NCBI RefSeq assembly: GCF_000315625.1
Contig: NW_005434626.1
Location: 494,712-558,711, forward strand
Reading direction: 5' to 3'
DNA: 64,000 nucleotides
DNA from: Guillardia theta CCMP2712
Lineage: Eukaryota > Protista > Cryptophyta
Shown here: in pieces, positions 48,347-61,629 of the stretch
Position numbering within the stretch: the stretch's first letter is position 1
How the letters are laid out: every line of letters begins with the position of its first letter
Notes under the pieces: generated by a model
Seen by the model: only the letters and a program-made list of their open reading frames with translations
What the model was told of the DNA's origin: nothing
The model's database searches: none
Program-made: the position numbers and the translations under genes

Positions 48347-49640
48347 TGGGCGGAGCCGCATCCATGCTACGTGGAGCCGCCAATGCTCCTCCTCCTCCCT
48401 TCCTCCATCATCCTGCTCTTCGTACGGATGTCTCTGCCACCCCAGAGTCCTCTTCTCCCGTCCCTCCTGCCCCTGCCTCACCCCACATCCCTCCCTCCTC
48501 TCCTCCTCGCCTTCCTCGGAGTCATATACATGGCTCTGCTGCTCTTCAAGCTCCAGCATTCAGACAAACACTTGAGCATCTCCCTCTACCAGATGATCGT
48601 CAACCCTCTTCTCTGTCTCCTGCTGACTCAACTCTCCACCTCCCTTCCTCCTCCTCCCTTCCCCCCGCTGGAGCTCTATCTAGTCACTCAATGGAGGGGG
48701 ATGGACTTATGGAGCCTGCAACAAGAACATCATCCTCGGGAGGAGCGACAAACATACAGTTTGTTGTGCAGAGAAGCGCTCTGAGGAGGCTGTTTTCTGA
48801 TGTACGCTGCTCTATACTGTTTTCTGATGTACGATTCTCTACATGGCAAGGTTTGACTGGTGTAAACAGAACATGGACATAGACGAAGGTCTGCTCAATC
48901 TTCTTGTCGATGGAGAGGTAGATCGGTAAGATCTCTGTGCATGTCGCATCCTCTTCGCATTCCCTTCCTCTTGCTCTGCTGGATTTCTGTTGCTAACTCC
49001 TCCCTCCTTTCCCATCCCTCCCCCCCTCCTGCCTCCGACGCTCCCTCAGCCCCTCACACAGCAGCTCCTACCCCTCCCCTCCGCCCCCTTGTCACCAGTT
49101 TGTCTGCCATACTACTCGCTTGACTTGATACTCTTGGCGGATGTGACACTTGGATCTTGTCCTGACGCGCAAGCAGGAGTTCGCGGCAACTTGCGGCATC
49201 GAGAAAGTCAGTTGAGAACCTCGAGAGGTTCGTATGGGATGGGAGACGACAAGGAGGAGGACAAACTGCGAGGGAGGAGGAGGACAAGCAAGTCGTTCCT
49301 GCCTCACAAGACGAAACTGATGGAGAAACCTGCACGATCTGCACTGAAGAGTTTGTCAGCGGATCGCTGCTGATCCGCATGCCCTGCATGTAACGCTGTG
49401 CAAGTGATGGGGAGATGGGAGATGTTCATGGTTCGTTCAGGCATGTGTTCCACAACGTCTGCCTTCTCCCTTGGTTGATGAAGACAAACTCCTGTCCTGT
49501 CTGCAGGTTTGGTGGGTGACATCAACTGCTTGCTGTGATGTTCCAGCAACATCTGACAGATGTGGTTGTCAGCGCTGCCGACTGAAGACTCGCACATGGA
49601 AGCAAGACGGCGAGTTCTCCCTGCAAGACCTGTAAGATGA
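48347..49640 (+). CDS. RING-H2 E3 ubiquitin ligase
   Basis: Spliced CTICTEEF...RMPC[23 protein letters not shown], preceded by [11 protein letters not shown]. Confidence 0.85.
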
Positions 49641-50434
49641 TCATCCCATGAGATCTGCTCGAGACTTCTAGATCCTCTCTCCTCCCTGNNNNNNNNNNNN
49701 NNNNNNNNNNNNNNNNNNNNNNNNNNNNNNNNNNNNNNNNNNNNNNNNNNNNNNNNNNNNNNNNNNNNNNNNNNNNNNNNNNNNNNNNNNNNNNNNNNNN
49801 NNNNNNNNNNNNNNNNNNNNNNNNNNNNNNNNNNNNNNNNNNNNNNNNNNNNNNNNNNNNNNNNNNNNNNNNNNNNNNNNNNNNNNNNNNNNNNNNNNNN
49901 NNNNNNNNNNNNNNNNNNNNNNNNNNNNNNNNNNNNNNNNNNNNNNNNNNNNNNNNNNNNNNNNNNNNNNNNNNNNNNNNNNNNNNNNNNNNNNNNNNNN
50001 NNNNNNNNNNNNNNNNNNNNNNNNNNNNNNNNNNNNNNNNNNNNNNNNNNNNNNNNNNNNNNNNNNNNNNNNNNNNNNNNNNNNNNNNNNNNNNNNNNNN
50101 NNNNNNNNNNNNNNNNNNNNNNNNNNNNNNNNNNNNNNNNNNNNNNNNNNNNNNNNNNNNNNNNNNNNNNNNNNNNNNNNNNNNNNNNNNNNNNNNNNNN
50201 NNNNNNNNNNNNNNNNNNNNNNNNNNNNNNNNNNNNNNNNNNNNNNNNNNNNNNNNNNNNNNNNNNNNNNNNNNNNNNNNNNNNNNNNNNNNNNNNNNNN
50301 NNNNNNNNNNNNNNNNNNNNNNNNNNNNNNNNNNNNNNNNAGTGCTATCTTCATGAATGTTATATTATTCCTTACAACCCAGTGTCCCTCCTCCTCCTCC
50401 TCCTCCTCCTCCTCCTCCTCCTCCTTGTCCTCTC

Positions 50435-51978
50435 TCAAAGCATGAAAGGCAAATCGAAATTCCTCGCGCCTGTCCCGTTGTAGATCGCTCCATGGACGGG
50501 CGAGTCGACGGCGTTGAAATGGACGAAGCCCGGGAAGGAGAGGCTGCGGAGGACGACGAGGGAGGAGGAAGGGTCATGCTTGAGCGACCAGCATCCCTTG
50601 GGCTGATCGTTTGCAATCTGATCCAACAAGTCAGCGAGAACCAGAGGAGAGGGGAGGAGGGAGAAGTTGGATGGAGAGAGGAAGAAGGCGTGGAATGAGG
50701 AGGGAGGGTAAGAAGGACAAGAAGACGAAAAAGCGATGGGGCGGCGATGGGGGAGTAGAAACTCACAAAGTCGAGGAACTGCGTCGATTTCTTCAATGCT
50801 GATCGTTCAGCGACGGGGAGGGCAGGAGTAGTTCTCGGTCTGCAAAGCATCGTGAGGAGTGCAGAAACAAAAAGATGATGATTTTGCCGATGGTGGTGGT
50901 AACAAAGATGATGACGACGATGATGGTGATGGTGATAATGATGATGGTGAAGTTGATAATGATGATGATGATGATGATGATGATGAGGAGGAGGAGGAGG
51001 AGGAGGAGAGGGAGGAGAACAAAGAGTGCAATGGATTCGAGACAACAGGCTCACTTTCTGAGATGCATGTAGGAATCTAGCCGGACGGCGGCTGAAAGGT
51101 CAAGGCCCTTGTAGTAAGGGTTCACAATGACGCGCTGCGACGAATTGAGCACGAACGATCCCACGGGGACAACACTGCAGGATGGGGATAAGTTCCCTGA
51201 AGCTCCTCCTCCCCCTCCCCCTCCCCTTCCTCCCCATCCTCTCCCCTCCTCCTCCCTCCCTTCCTCCTCCATGGCAACTACCCACAAGCGCATGTACCTG
51301 CATTCCTCGTCGATCTCCTGCACCATGAAGGCTACCCTCTCGTCCTCTGAAAGCTCCTTCGTCTCCTCCCCGACAGTATACTCGTACTTATGGCTTGCGT
51401 CTCCCTTGAGCGGCGTGAACACAGTCCCTTTCTTCTTCAGCGAGCTGCTCCACTCGCTGTACCTGCACCACTCACACAGTCACTGTCTCCAGCGCACTCT
51501 TCGTCTCCTCACTTCTTCTTCACTTCTTCATCTACATCCGGCAAGACAGTCCAACTCACCCCGTCCGGCCTGTCATGGTTGGAATCTCAGCAAGCAGAGA
51601 TCAACATCATCTCAACTCACCCCAGTCGGAAGAATTTCTTCTTGAAGAGTTTCAAGGTGTCGAAAAACTCAGCGACAGTGATCTCTCCGCAGGTCTTCAA
51701 TGATTCGTCCTTGTAGCTAATCTCCTTCGACCCCAACCCCATAGCAATCAGGTAATCGCTGGATAGCCCTTGTATCTTTCCCCAATAATACACCCTGAAC
51801 AAACTCCGTCATGACCCAGTCAAGCAGGAGGAGAGGAGTGTGATCACTTTGCGAAAGCATGTTCACTCTTCAGGATCTTTAGCGCTGATGGTAGCAAGGC
51901 CCTTTGCTCTACAGTCAAGCAGAATCCTGAAGCCGCTGCAAGCAACTCGGAAGTTGTAGCAAGAGTATCTGAATCCAT
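50435..51978 (-). CDS. RSPH9: Radial spoke head protein 9
   Basis: VYYWGKIQGLSSDYLIAMG, EDERVAFMVQEIDEEC, VVPVGSF, PKGCWSL, LRSLSFPGF, YNGTGARNFDLPFML*. Confidence 0.92.
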
Positions 51979-53967
51979 TCTGTCGCAATGCAGCATTAGT
52001 TCATTTTCAACAACATGGTTGCATCAGTTTCAGTATGCTCGTATGATCCTACTCATCCAGCCTCGTTCTCCTTCCCACCCGCCTAACTCGCTTTCCTCCC
52101 CCCTCCCTGTCTGTGGTCGAACTTTCTCTGATGTCTTGACTTCACGTTATTGATTTCCTGTTCCTGGAAATTGCAGCATTCTCTCTAAATCTTCAGTGGA
52201 TCTTTTCCTGTGGTTCCAACCAACTCTCTGTTTGTTCAAACTCTCATCCTTCCCTTCATACAATGTTGTTTCATTCTTTGTACATTTGCGATGTGACAAG
52301 CATGTTAATGAAATGTTCTCCTCATCATGTCATCATGGACTTCACTATCCTCCTCCTCCTCCTCCTTCTCCTTCTCCTCTTCACCCCCCACTCGCTGTCC
52401 CTCTGCTGTCGTGCATTGCCATTCTTCAATCCCGACCACCCCCACCACTTCCAACTACCGCACCTTCTATCATACCTCTCTGTACCTACCCCTTCATCCC
52501 AACCTTTCAAGAGCTACATGTTAGCTTTGTCCTTTTCTATTGATGTCTTACTATAATAAGACATACCTTCATCAATTTCCAGAAAGTGACTTGACCCCTA
52601 CCCTGTACTTACCGGTAACCCTACCCCCTTTCTTGATTCCACCCTAACCCCAATTTCCCCTTTCAACCGTTCAACGGCTCAACGCCCTAACCACCACCCA
52701 CTTCTTTCAAAACCCGTCTACTTGTTACTACCCACCCCAGTCAAATGACATTCTCTAATATCACCCCCCTATTAAATATTCTTTCACCCCACCTTTTCAA
52801 TCAATCTGATGCACAATCCTCCTACTACCCCGTGAAATTTTTCACCCCACCCCCATGCATTCCCCTCAGTTCTCAAGTGAGAAAATTCTTCAGGCCCGGA
52901 TCAGGAGCAGGGGCAGGAGCAGGAGCAGGGGCAGGGGCAGGGGCAGGGGCAGGGGCAGGGGCAGGGCAGGAGGAGGACGGAGGAGGNNNNNNNNNNNNNN
53001 NNNNNNNNNNNNNNNNNNNNNNNNNNNNNNNNNNNNNNNNNNNNNNNNNNNNNNNNNNNNNNNNNNNNNNNNNNNNNNNNNNNNNNNNNNNNNNNNNNNN
53101 NNNNNNNNNNNNNNNNNNNNNNNNNNNNNNNNNNNNNNNNNNNNNNNNNNNNNNNNNNNNNNNNNNNNNNNNNNNNNNNNNNNNNNNNNNNNNNNNNNNN
53201 NNNNNNNNNNNNNNNNNNNNNNNNNNNNNNNNNNNNNNNNNNNNNNNNNNNNNNNNNNNNNNNNNNNNNNNNNNNNNNNNNNNNNNNNNNNNNNNNNNNN
53301 NNNNNNNNNNNNNNNNNNNNNNNNNNNNNNNNNNNNNNNNNNNNNNNNNNAACTATGATGTCTCATGTAAACGATGTATCGCAGTGCTCAAAAATTACAA
53401 TCGCTCGATCGAGTGGCTGCTCATTCAGAAGAGATTGAAACCAAGTAGTGGAGTTGGTGAACAGATGATGGTTAATTCTCATTATCGAGTCCTCTAACTC
53501 CAGCAACTCTCCTCCTCATCTATCTCCTCCCAAGATCTCCTCCCGCATGCAAGCAACGACAAGAGCTCTCCATGCTCCTCCAGTCGACGGTGGGGTGTGG
53601 AGCAATCGTGAAAAAGCTCGCCGTTGCATGTTCACCAACTGTGGAGCAGGAGAACAGCAGCGATGTTGAAGTTGAACCACGCTGTTAGAGTAGAATAAAC
53701 ATCAACGATGAAGAGTCTGCATGTATGCAACCATCAAGTCTCTCGGTTATGGTGAGGATTCAGGTCAATTGTAAAGGTCTCGTCAGGTTAGTGAGACGTG
53801 AGAAGGAGTTCCCCAGTAGAAACCTGAGGAGAGAGAAGAGCTGCTCCAGACTTGTTCTACTTCAAGTGGAACAAGTCGAGAGCATGGGAAGAAGAAAATT
53901 CTTCCTGCCTCTTGCACCATGGGGCTTCAAGATTTGGCTTTACCATGTACTGACGGCTTGTTTCAAC

Positions 53968-54637
53968 TCACTTCCTGTTTTCTCTTTCCTGACGCGCTTC
54001 ATCCAACGCTGTTTGTTGCTGTGCTCTGTGCTCCTTCCTGAAGCATGCTGAAAAGAGCCTACTCCGCTCTGTGTCTACCTCTCCCTCCTCTAGCTGCAAC
54101 CATTGGACAGTCAAATGCTGGGGCAAGCACTGGCTCACACACCTCATCCTTGGCGTATATCTCCTCATAGCACGCGGGTGATATACACTTGTACGTGCAA
54201 GAAAGCCTCGCCTCTCCGATGAGCCCTGAAGCACAGTCTCGTATCATAATAAACCCAACCATCCTGTTATGAGACAAAAAAAAAAGCATTCTTCGAACAG
54301 TGTGTTCCAAGGATTTTCACCACCGAGTCTACCTGACTGATTCAACGACTGTCCTACATCTCACGTTCCATCTAGACTACCAAAATCTTCACTCAGAAGT
54401 GAAATCTGCATGTCTTACCAGAGCATACTTCCTTCTCGCAGTTGTTCCTTCTCGAACGCATTTCCCTGTCCTGCTCAACAAGTCAAGATTCCACACACTC
54501 GTGCTGTGACCAAGTTCGCATGCTCGACTTACAACATTGCCCCCTCTAGAACCTCCTCTTCTCGGAGCACAAGAAGTCAGAGGGAGCATAAGTCCCAGCA
54601 GCAGCGCCGCTGCCATAGCTCGGGCTAGCGCGGTCAT
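53968..54637 (-). CDS. Small secreted Cys-rich protein (DUF4787-like)
   Basis: Signal peptide; CTYKCISPACYEEIYAKDE|LEEGEVDTERSRLFSACF. Confidence 0.75.
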
Positions 54638-55379
54638 GCCAGCATAAAGGCCTCCTCCCCCCACTGACCCATTGACTAAAAAACCCACCCCTCTTTCAGC
54701 CCCTCTTTGGTGTTGGTGACAACCCCTACCCACCCTTTTTCACAGTACCCTACGATATTTTCACCCTACCCTGTATCATGATAGCATTCACGTCTAACAA
54801 ATGGACCACTCACACCCTCTACAATTTCTGAGTACCCCTATATTATGTACCCCCTACCCCCTTTTCCTGACCTCTCGGTGGATCTCCAAACAGACCCCTG
54901 TTCAAAATGAATAACTACATCCACCCTCCCACCCCTACCCACCCCTATCATAGTCCCCTACCCCTCCCTCACCCTCTTCACAGTTGACTCGCCCATGGTC
55001 GCCGTCATGAGTATGGCGACAGGCAGCGGGGTGCATGGCTAACGGAGGATGAAGTCACGGACCTGTTGAGCCACCACTTCCTCCTCCTTGTTGTCCTCCT
55101 CCTGGCACATGATAGTCCTGCTAACTTGATCGTCCGTGGGATAGTAGCAGCATTTCAGTGGCAAAATCTTGCAGGACCGATTCAAGTGCAGAAGTTTTTT
55201 GACGTAGCGATCGAATTGCTGTCCCATGTTCGAGCTGCAACCACCAACGATTCATGATGAACTTTGTCGAACGTAGTCTCCACTACCTGAAAATTTGACG
55301 AATGATCGACAAATAGTTTGGGATCAGTGGCCCTAACGCTGGAATCAGCAGTGAGTTCCTTTACTTCGCAACTATCATC

Positions 55380-58300
55380 ATGATGCAGCAAATTGCGGTG
55401 ATTCGACATGGCAGCAGATCGTCTCCCTCAAACGAGAACAATGCGAACCGTGACATACAGCCTCAGGGCATTGCCCGCGAGTCCTACAGGTCCCCAGGGT
55501 CGGCACCGGACAATCACAAATCGAAGGTGGGCATACGAAAAGGCAATGGTGAAGTCGATGCAAAGCAAGCTTCAGTCCCTAGCAAGTGGAAATTCAGCTT
55601 GACATGGCTTTTCACTGACAGCTCGGGGACTTCTGACCCGACGACACGGCAGGAGAGCAAGATATGGTATCGCGTTCCAATCCATCCATTTTCTCCCTTC
55701 ATGAAAGCATGGGAGTTTGTCTCTGGTTGCCTGTTGCTGTACACTACCACCGCCACCCCCTTCATCATAGCGTTCTACTCAGAGCAAGAGGGGTACTGCC
55801 AGCACTCCTCCACGATTGAGCTCGACATGCTTGTGGACATTTTCTTCATGTTTGAGATCTTTCTCAATTTCCTGACCGGAAGGGTGTATGGCGGGAGGTA
55901 CCTTGACGGATATGCTTCTGTTGCCAAAAACTACGCTAGGAATGGTCTGGCAGTTGACGTCATGTCTGCTTGTCCCATGTCCTGGATGGAGTACTACCTC
56001 GTCCCGAACGTCCCCTGTGACTTGCGCTCCGAGGCTGAGAAGCAGAATGCGTTCATCAGGTACCTGCGGTTGATTCGTCTGCTGCGGTTGCTCCGCCTGC
56101 TCAAAGTCTTGAAGATCTTCAACGTCCTTCGCAAGCTCTTTCACTTCCGCCCCAACGTCATCAGGCTCTACAAGTTGGTGTTCGCCGTCTGTATGATCGG
56201 CCATCTGAGCGGCTGCGCATGGTGGCTGGTGAAGGTGCAGGAGGGGAAAGAAGTGCTGGACAAGTTCAAGCTTGTCCACAACATCGATCGCTATGGAACC
56301 CTGGGATCGCCTCTAGGGAGCAACTACATCCTTGCTCTCTACTTCCAGATGACAACGCTGTGTACAGTTGGTTATGGCGACATCTCCGCGTCGGAGGATT
56401 CTGAGCGGATCTTGATGACGTTTATCATGCTGTTGGGAGCTTCGGTGTTTGCCATCATCATATCCAACATGAGCACACTGGTTTCAAGTATGCGAGGAAC
56501 CGACGGGATGTATCTTGACCGCTGTGACAACATCGTCACTTACCTGCGTTCCAACGCCTTCCCAGCGAAGCTCGAAAAGCAGATCGGGAAGTTTTACGCT
56601 TACAAGAGCGGGAGCCCAGCCCAGCTCTCAGAGATGTATGCTTCCCTGCAAGGGCTGCCCGCTGCTCTGCAGGCAGACATCAAAATAGCCATCTTCTCCT
56701 CCACCATCAACTCACTTTCGTTCTGCGATGTGGGGGACGCGTCGATCGAGATGGAGCTCAAGACTTTCCTCGTCACAAACATGCACGTTGACATCTTCAT
56801 GCCGGGAGACAGCATCTCCTACATGAACGAGCTCTGCGACAACCTCCACATCCTCCTTCATGGCGCCGCTCAGCAGTACATCGCCGACGAGGAGTCAGGG
56901 CGGAAAATACTGGTGGACACAATCAACGTCTCGAACTTGACAGGGCTAGTTGAGCTCTTCAACGACGTTCCATGCATGGTAAACACAATGGCTCTGGGCT
57001 TCGTAGAGGCCTGGGCGATGGATGCCGTAACTTGGAAGCACTTCCTCGAGGAGTTCCCTTCCATCGTCCCTGGTGTGAAGCATGAGGCTGAAAAGAAGCT
57101 GCTGTCCCTGTCTGGTCTGCTGGAGTACAAGCACGATTGCCGCTGGAGGTTGAAGAAGAGGAACAACGTTTGGAACCACTGGCGAGCGATCGTTCACCAG
57201 TACTACTTGCTGTGCAGGGCGAAATTCTCGCACATCCATGGGTTCCAGGTGACGACGATGTTATCCGATGGCGCTAGAGTGTTTGTCTGCTTCTCCTAAG
57301 TCCTGTTGACGTGTGAAGTGTGTTGTCCTACGAGCTTCCGTGGTCCTCCTGCTGTCGGTCTGACGAGGATGTCGATGCAGGAGCGAGCATCGTCACGACT
57401 TGGGCACTTTGCCATGTCCAGGTGTGTGAGAGGGAGGACGGGGGAGCGAGCTGACGGTCGGCCAGGTCTATGGCAGCAGAGCTTGACTTCGAGTTCTCGT
57501 TGGGGGAAGCGACTGCTCGTCTCAAGGAGTTGAAGCAGAAGAAGGCCGAGCGGAAAGAGAAGGATCTTGACGCGTACCTCCAGGCGCAGATGAACAAAGA
57601 AAACAACGGGCGGGCAGGGGCCGCCGCTGTGGAGGAGCACGACCACGCGCCTCCTCCGGACACAGGAGCAGGAATCTTCTCCGACCCCGCAGGACCGCAG
57701 GAGGGAGGACGGATCAGCTTCTCCGCTCTCCCTCCACAGCGGCAACCCACCCCAGAGTCCCTCCAAGATCTTCTATTCACCCTCCGGTCCTACGCCGACT
57801 GGATCTCGCTGAAGGCCCGAGAGAGCGCGTCCTCGGTCGAGCCCGAGCAGGCGAGGGCGAAGCTGTCGGCCCGGTCCTTCATCAAGCGATCAGCATGGCG
57901 AATCTCTCAGTCCTCCTTGAGCCGAACCAAGTCTACCACCGCCAGGGATCTTGACGTCATGTCCACGGTCGTCCGCCTGCTGGGGCTGAGCTGGGGAATA
58001 ACATGCTGGCAGGTCCAGCACGTTGTGAGCCGGGAGACCGCAATGCTGGACAACGTGGGTAGGGATATGCTTGTGCTGTTCTCCTCTCCCCTCCTCTCCC
58101 CTCCTCCCCCCCCCTCCTCTTTCCTCCCCTCTCCTCTCCTCTCCTATCCTCTCCTCTCCCCTCCCTTCCTCTCCCCTCCTGTCCTGTCCTGCCCTGTCCT
58201 GTCCTGTCCTCTCCCCTCCTCCTTTCTCGACTCTGCTGCCCCCCTCCTCCTCCCCCGCCTCCCTGCGATCTTCATTCTCTTCCCTCCTNNNNNNNNNNNN

Positions 58301-59206
58301 NNNNNNNNNNNNNNNNNNNNNNNNNNNNNNNNNNNNNNNNNNNNNNNNNNNNNNNNNNNNNNNNNNNNNNNNNNNNNNNNNNNNNNNNGCTGCTGCTGCT
58401 GCTCGTTCTTGTTCTCGTCGTCCTCCTCATCTGTTGGTTTCACCTCTCCGCTCTTCCATCCTCCTGCCATTTGTTTCCTCCTCCACTTCCAACTTCCTCC
58501 TCTCTCCACCTTAATCTCCCTCCTCTTCCCTCCACCACTCCACCCTTATCTTCTTCCTCTTTCCTTCTCCTCTTCCACCTACTGTTGTTCCTCCGCTTCC
58601 CTCCTCCCTCTCCTCTTCATTCCTCCTCCTCCTCGCCCCTCCTCGCCCCTCCTCGCTCCTCCTTGCGGTCTTCTGTGGGAATCATCTTTTGACTTCTCTC
58701 TCTCCCTCCAGGCACACCTGAGAAGCCGATCGTGCGCTCTTCCTTTGGCCCTACCCCGCCTCCTTCCACCGGCATCATCACCACTCCTCTATCCTTCGAG
58801 ATCGAAAGAGTCACCAAGGTGGTTTGCGGCTCCTCCTCCTCCTCCTCCTCCTCCCCTCCCTTTATCTCCTCTCCTCCTCTCCCCCTCTCTTCTCTGTCCC
58901 CTCTTCTCCCCGTCCCCTTCAACCGTCCCTCCCCTTCCTTCTCCTTCCCTCCCTCCTCTTCTTCTCACTCCCTCCTCTTCTTCTCCCTCCCTCCTCCTCC
59001 GCTTCCCTGCCTCTCTACTCCCTCACTTCTCTCCCTCTCCTCACGCGCGTTAGCAGGAATGCTCTTCTCCCAGGTTCACGGACTCGCCCAAGATCGAGGC
59101 AGAGCTCGGTAAAGATCAGACTTGTAGTGTCGACCTCACGTTCCGTCCCAGGTTTCAGCTTCATGGGATAAAGATGACGAAAGAGCACCCCAGCATGCGA
59201 GTTTGA
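55380..59206 (+). CDS. Voltage-gated K+ channel with cyclic-nucleotide-binding domain (KCNH/EAG-like)
   Basis: S4 LRLIRLLRLLRLLK, filter TTLCTVGYGDI, C-linker and CNBD-like region; further exons after 57249; ends approximate. Confidence 0.9.
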
Positions 59207-59364
59207 GCAGGGGGAAGACGAGTACGAGGAGGGGGAGGGAAGGAGGCCGGGGGGGGGGGGGGAGGGGGGAGGGAGGAGGGAGGAGGAGGAGGAGGAGCAT
59301 TTAACGGAGAGGTGTGAGGGAAACTTGATCCCCCTGACACAGACATGCTCGCAAATGTTGTAAA

Positions 59365-60219
59365 CTAGTCCATGTACCAATGTAGGAAGAGGAGGATGAA
59401 AGAAGCAAGCAGTAAGAAGATGAGCATAAAGAATCGCGAGAAGACAGTCGCTTCACTTGCCTTCTGCAGCTGAATGTTACCCGCATCGATGTCTTCCACA
59501 GCATGAACGACGTTTTCATAGAGCGCATCGATCTCTGTCGCCTGCTCCATGATCTTCTGCGATGCAACTTCGCACATTGCCGTCACCTTAGCGATCTCCC
59601 CCTCCATCCTGACCATCTGCTCCAGCTCAGAGTCCAGCTCCTCCTGAAGTCTCTCGTTCTCTTCCTTGAGCATCTCCTGCTCCTCCGGCGTCAACTCCAA
59701 GTCGCAGATCGCTCCTCGAGGAGGATCCGTACAGATCCCACGGGAGGATGAGACTGCTGCGCTCCCCAGTATCACGTTCTTGCTCTCCATCTTGGCCATC
59801 TCCATCCTGTGGGACTTGAACTGCCGGAACTTCTCAGAAAGCGCTTCATAGCCTTCTAGCAGGACAAGGATCATCCCTTGCTGGTGTGCCTGCTGGTCTG
59901 TGTTCAGCCCGCGCAACAGCTCTTTCATCCTCCTCCTCAGCTCGTCCACGTCGCTGCTGCTCTCCGTCAAGAACCCCTTGACCGTCCTGTCAAGTTCATC
60001 CCTGTCGCTATCGTCCATTCCTCCTCGCACAGCAAAGTACGCTTCCTTGCTTTCTTGCAGCAGGTTGTGCGTCTTCCTTATCCCCGCCATGATCACCCTC
60101 GCGGATTCAGAAGCCGATCCCTCCTGCTTCTTCCTCGGTATCAGGCCAGGCGTGATGACCTGCTTGCTGTCTCCCCGCAGTTGACGAAGAGCATTCAGCC
60201 ATTCTGCCGTTCGATCCAT
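59365..60219 (-). CDS. STX18: Syntaxin-18/SYP81/Ufe1-type ER Qa-SNARE
   Basis: MDRTAEW start, QMEQATEID-like SNARE layer (KIMEQATEIDALY...AGNIQLQKA), C-terminal TM ending LLFLHWYMD*. Confidence 0.85.
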   Translation of the reverse strand: MDRTAEWLNALRQLRGDSKQVITPGLIPRKKQEGSASESARVIMAGIRKTHNLLQESKEAYFAVRGGMDDSDRDELDRTVKGFLTESSSDVDELRRRMKELLRGLNTDQQAHQQGMILVLLEGYEALSEKFRQFKSHRMEMAKMESKNVILGSAAVSSSRGICTDPPRGAICDLELTPEEQEMLKEENERLQEELDSELEQMVRMEGEIAKVTAMCEVASQKIMEQATEIDALYENVVHAVEDIDAGNIQLQKASEATVFSRFFMLIFLLLASFILLFLHWYMD

Positions 60220-60559
60220 CGAGAAACTTGCTCCCGACGCTTGCTCCTCCTGTCCTCTCTTCGCTTTCCCGAGCCTGGCTTGCTCGCTTCTCGTCAGCAA
60301 GCTATCTTTGCATCCTGCCAGTTGTGAAGTCAAAAGTCTCTCAGTCAGAGCTTTCCATGTGCAGCTTTGAAATACTTTCCTCAACAACCTGATATGGCCA
60401 AACATCTACACATCACTACCCGTGCATGCAATGGGGCAGAAGGGACAACCTCTCCCAACACACTTTCGTGCAGTTTCCTCTGATGATCTGCTCCAGGGCT
60501 ATATCTTGAACACTGCTACTGCGGCTCTGCTCGGCCTCAAACTCCTCGTGTTCCGAATC

Positions 60560-60567
60560 TTCCTGCT

Positions 60568-60604
<37 letters not shown>

Positions 60605-60617
60605 ATCCCGCCCCTGT

Positions 60618-60695
<78 letters not shown>

Positions 60696-60696
60696 A
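60560..60696 (+). repeat. (CTCCTG)n microsatellite
   Basis: Reverse complement of the GGAGCA repeat at 7573-7721. Confidence 0.95.
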
Positions 60697-61629
60697 ATGA
60701 CGCCGCTCATGGGGTTCTCAAAAGTTTCTTATGATCATCAATTTATGTCTGCTATTTCTTCAAATTTTGAAGCAAATTTTGGCCAGACCCTCATTCCTGC
60801 ATGACCCCCTTCCCCATACGAATTGAGTTTCATGGACCGGTCCTCAATATGAAAAACCCTCATAAGAAGTGGGTGGGTGGCCTACCCCACCACGTACATT
60901 ATTCCTCACCCCTAAAAAACGCTTCTTCTAAAATTGGGGGAGCGGAACGAAGCAAAATAATCGTATGACCCACCGTAGTATAAAACGAGTAAATTTAGAC
61001 GAATGAACGGGTACTTATGATATGGTGTGGTAGTACCTATGAATTTGACCGAGATTGTAGGGGGTACTGTCTCATCGGAAATACTACAAAACTTGAGTGA
61101 AAACTCTCATGCAATTGATCGATGAACCTTTGGAGAGAACACTCCATGGCAGGATCTTGCAGGGAGTACGTGGAGAGGAGGAGAGGAGGAGAGGAGGAGA
61201 AGAGGAGAGGAAAGGAAGAGAAGAGGAGAAGAGGAGGAGAGGAGGAGAGGAGAAGGCTAGGAAAGGGAGGCAGTAGGATGCTGAGAAGAAGACAAGAAGA
61301 GACGAGGTTTGGCAATCTATTTCTTCAGGAAAGGGAGAGAGTACATGACATGCTCAAGCAAACATGAGCTCTCAAGAAAACGATATCATCACTGCTCGAC
61401 TCGTGCAAAAGAAACATGGTATGAAGAGACAGCGATGAAAGCTTGATAGAGCGCAGTGGCAACTTGCGCCGAGACCATTTCGATGCGTCGAAAAAGTTCC
61501 CACGATCTGATCATCATGCGCACCTGGAAAGTTTTCAGACCCTGCTCATGTGCTTTAGTTAGTATCGAGCATGCAGAAACCTTTCATCCACACACAGCGA
61601 CGTTGCATCGCAATCTAGGGTCTCTGAAG

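Noticed and set aside
10723-59206. Ciliary gene cluster (PKD2, IQ proteins, RSPH9, K+ channel)
   Set aside because: Dispersed, and such genes are common in flagellate genomes
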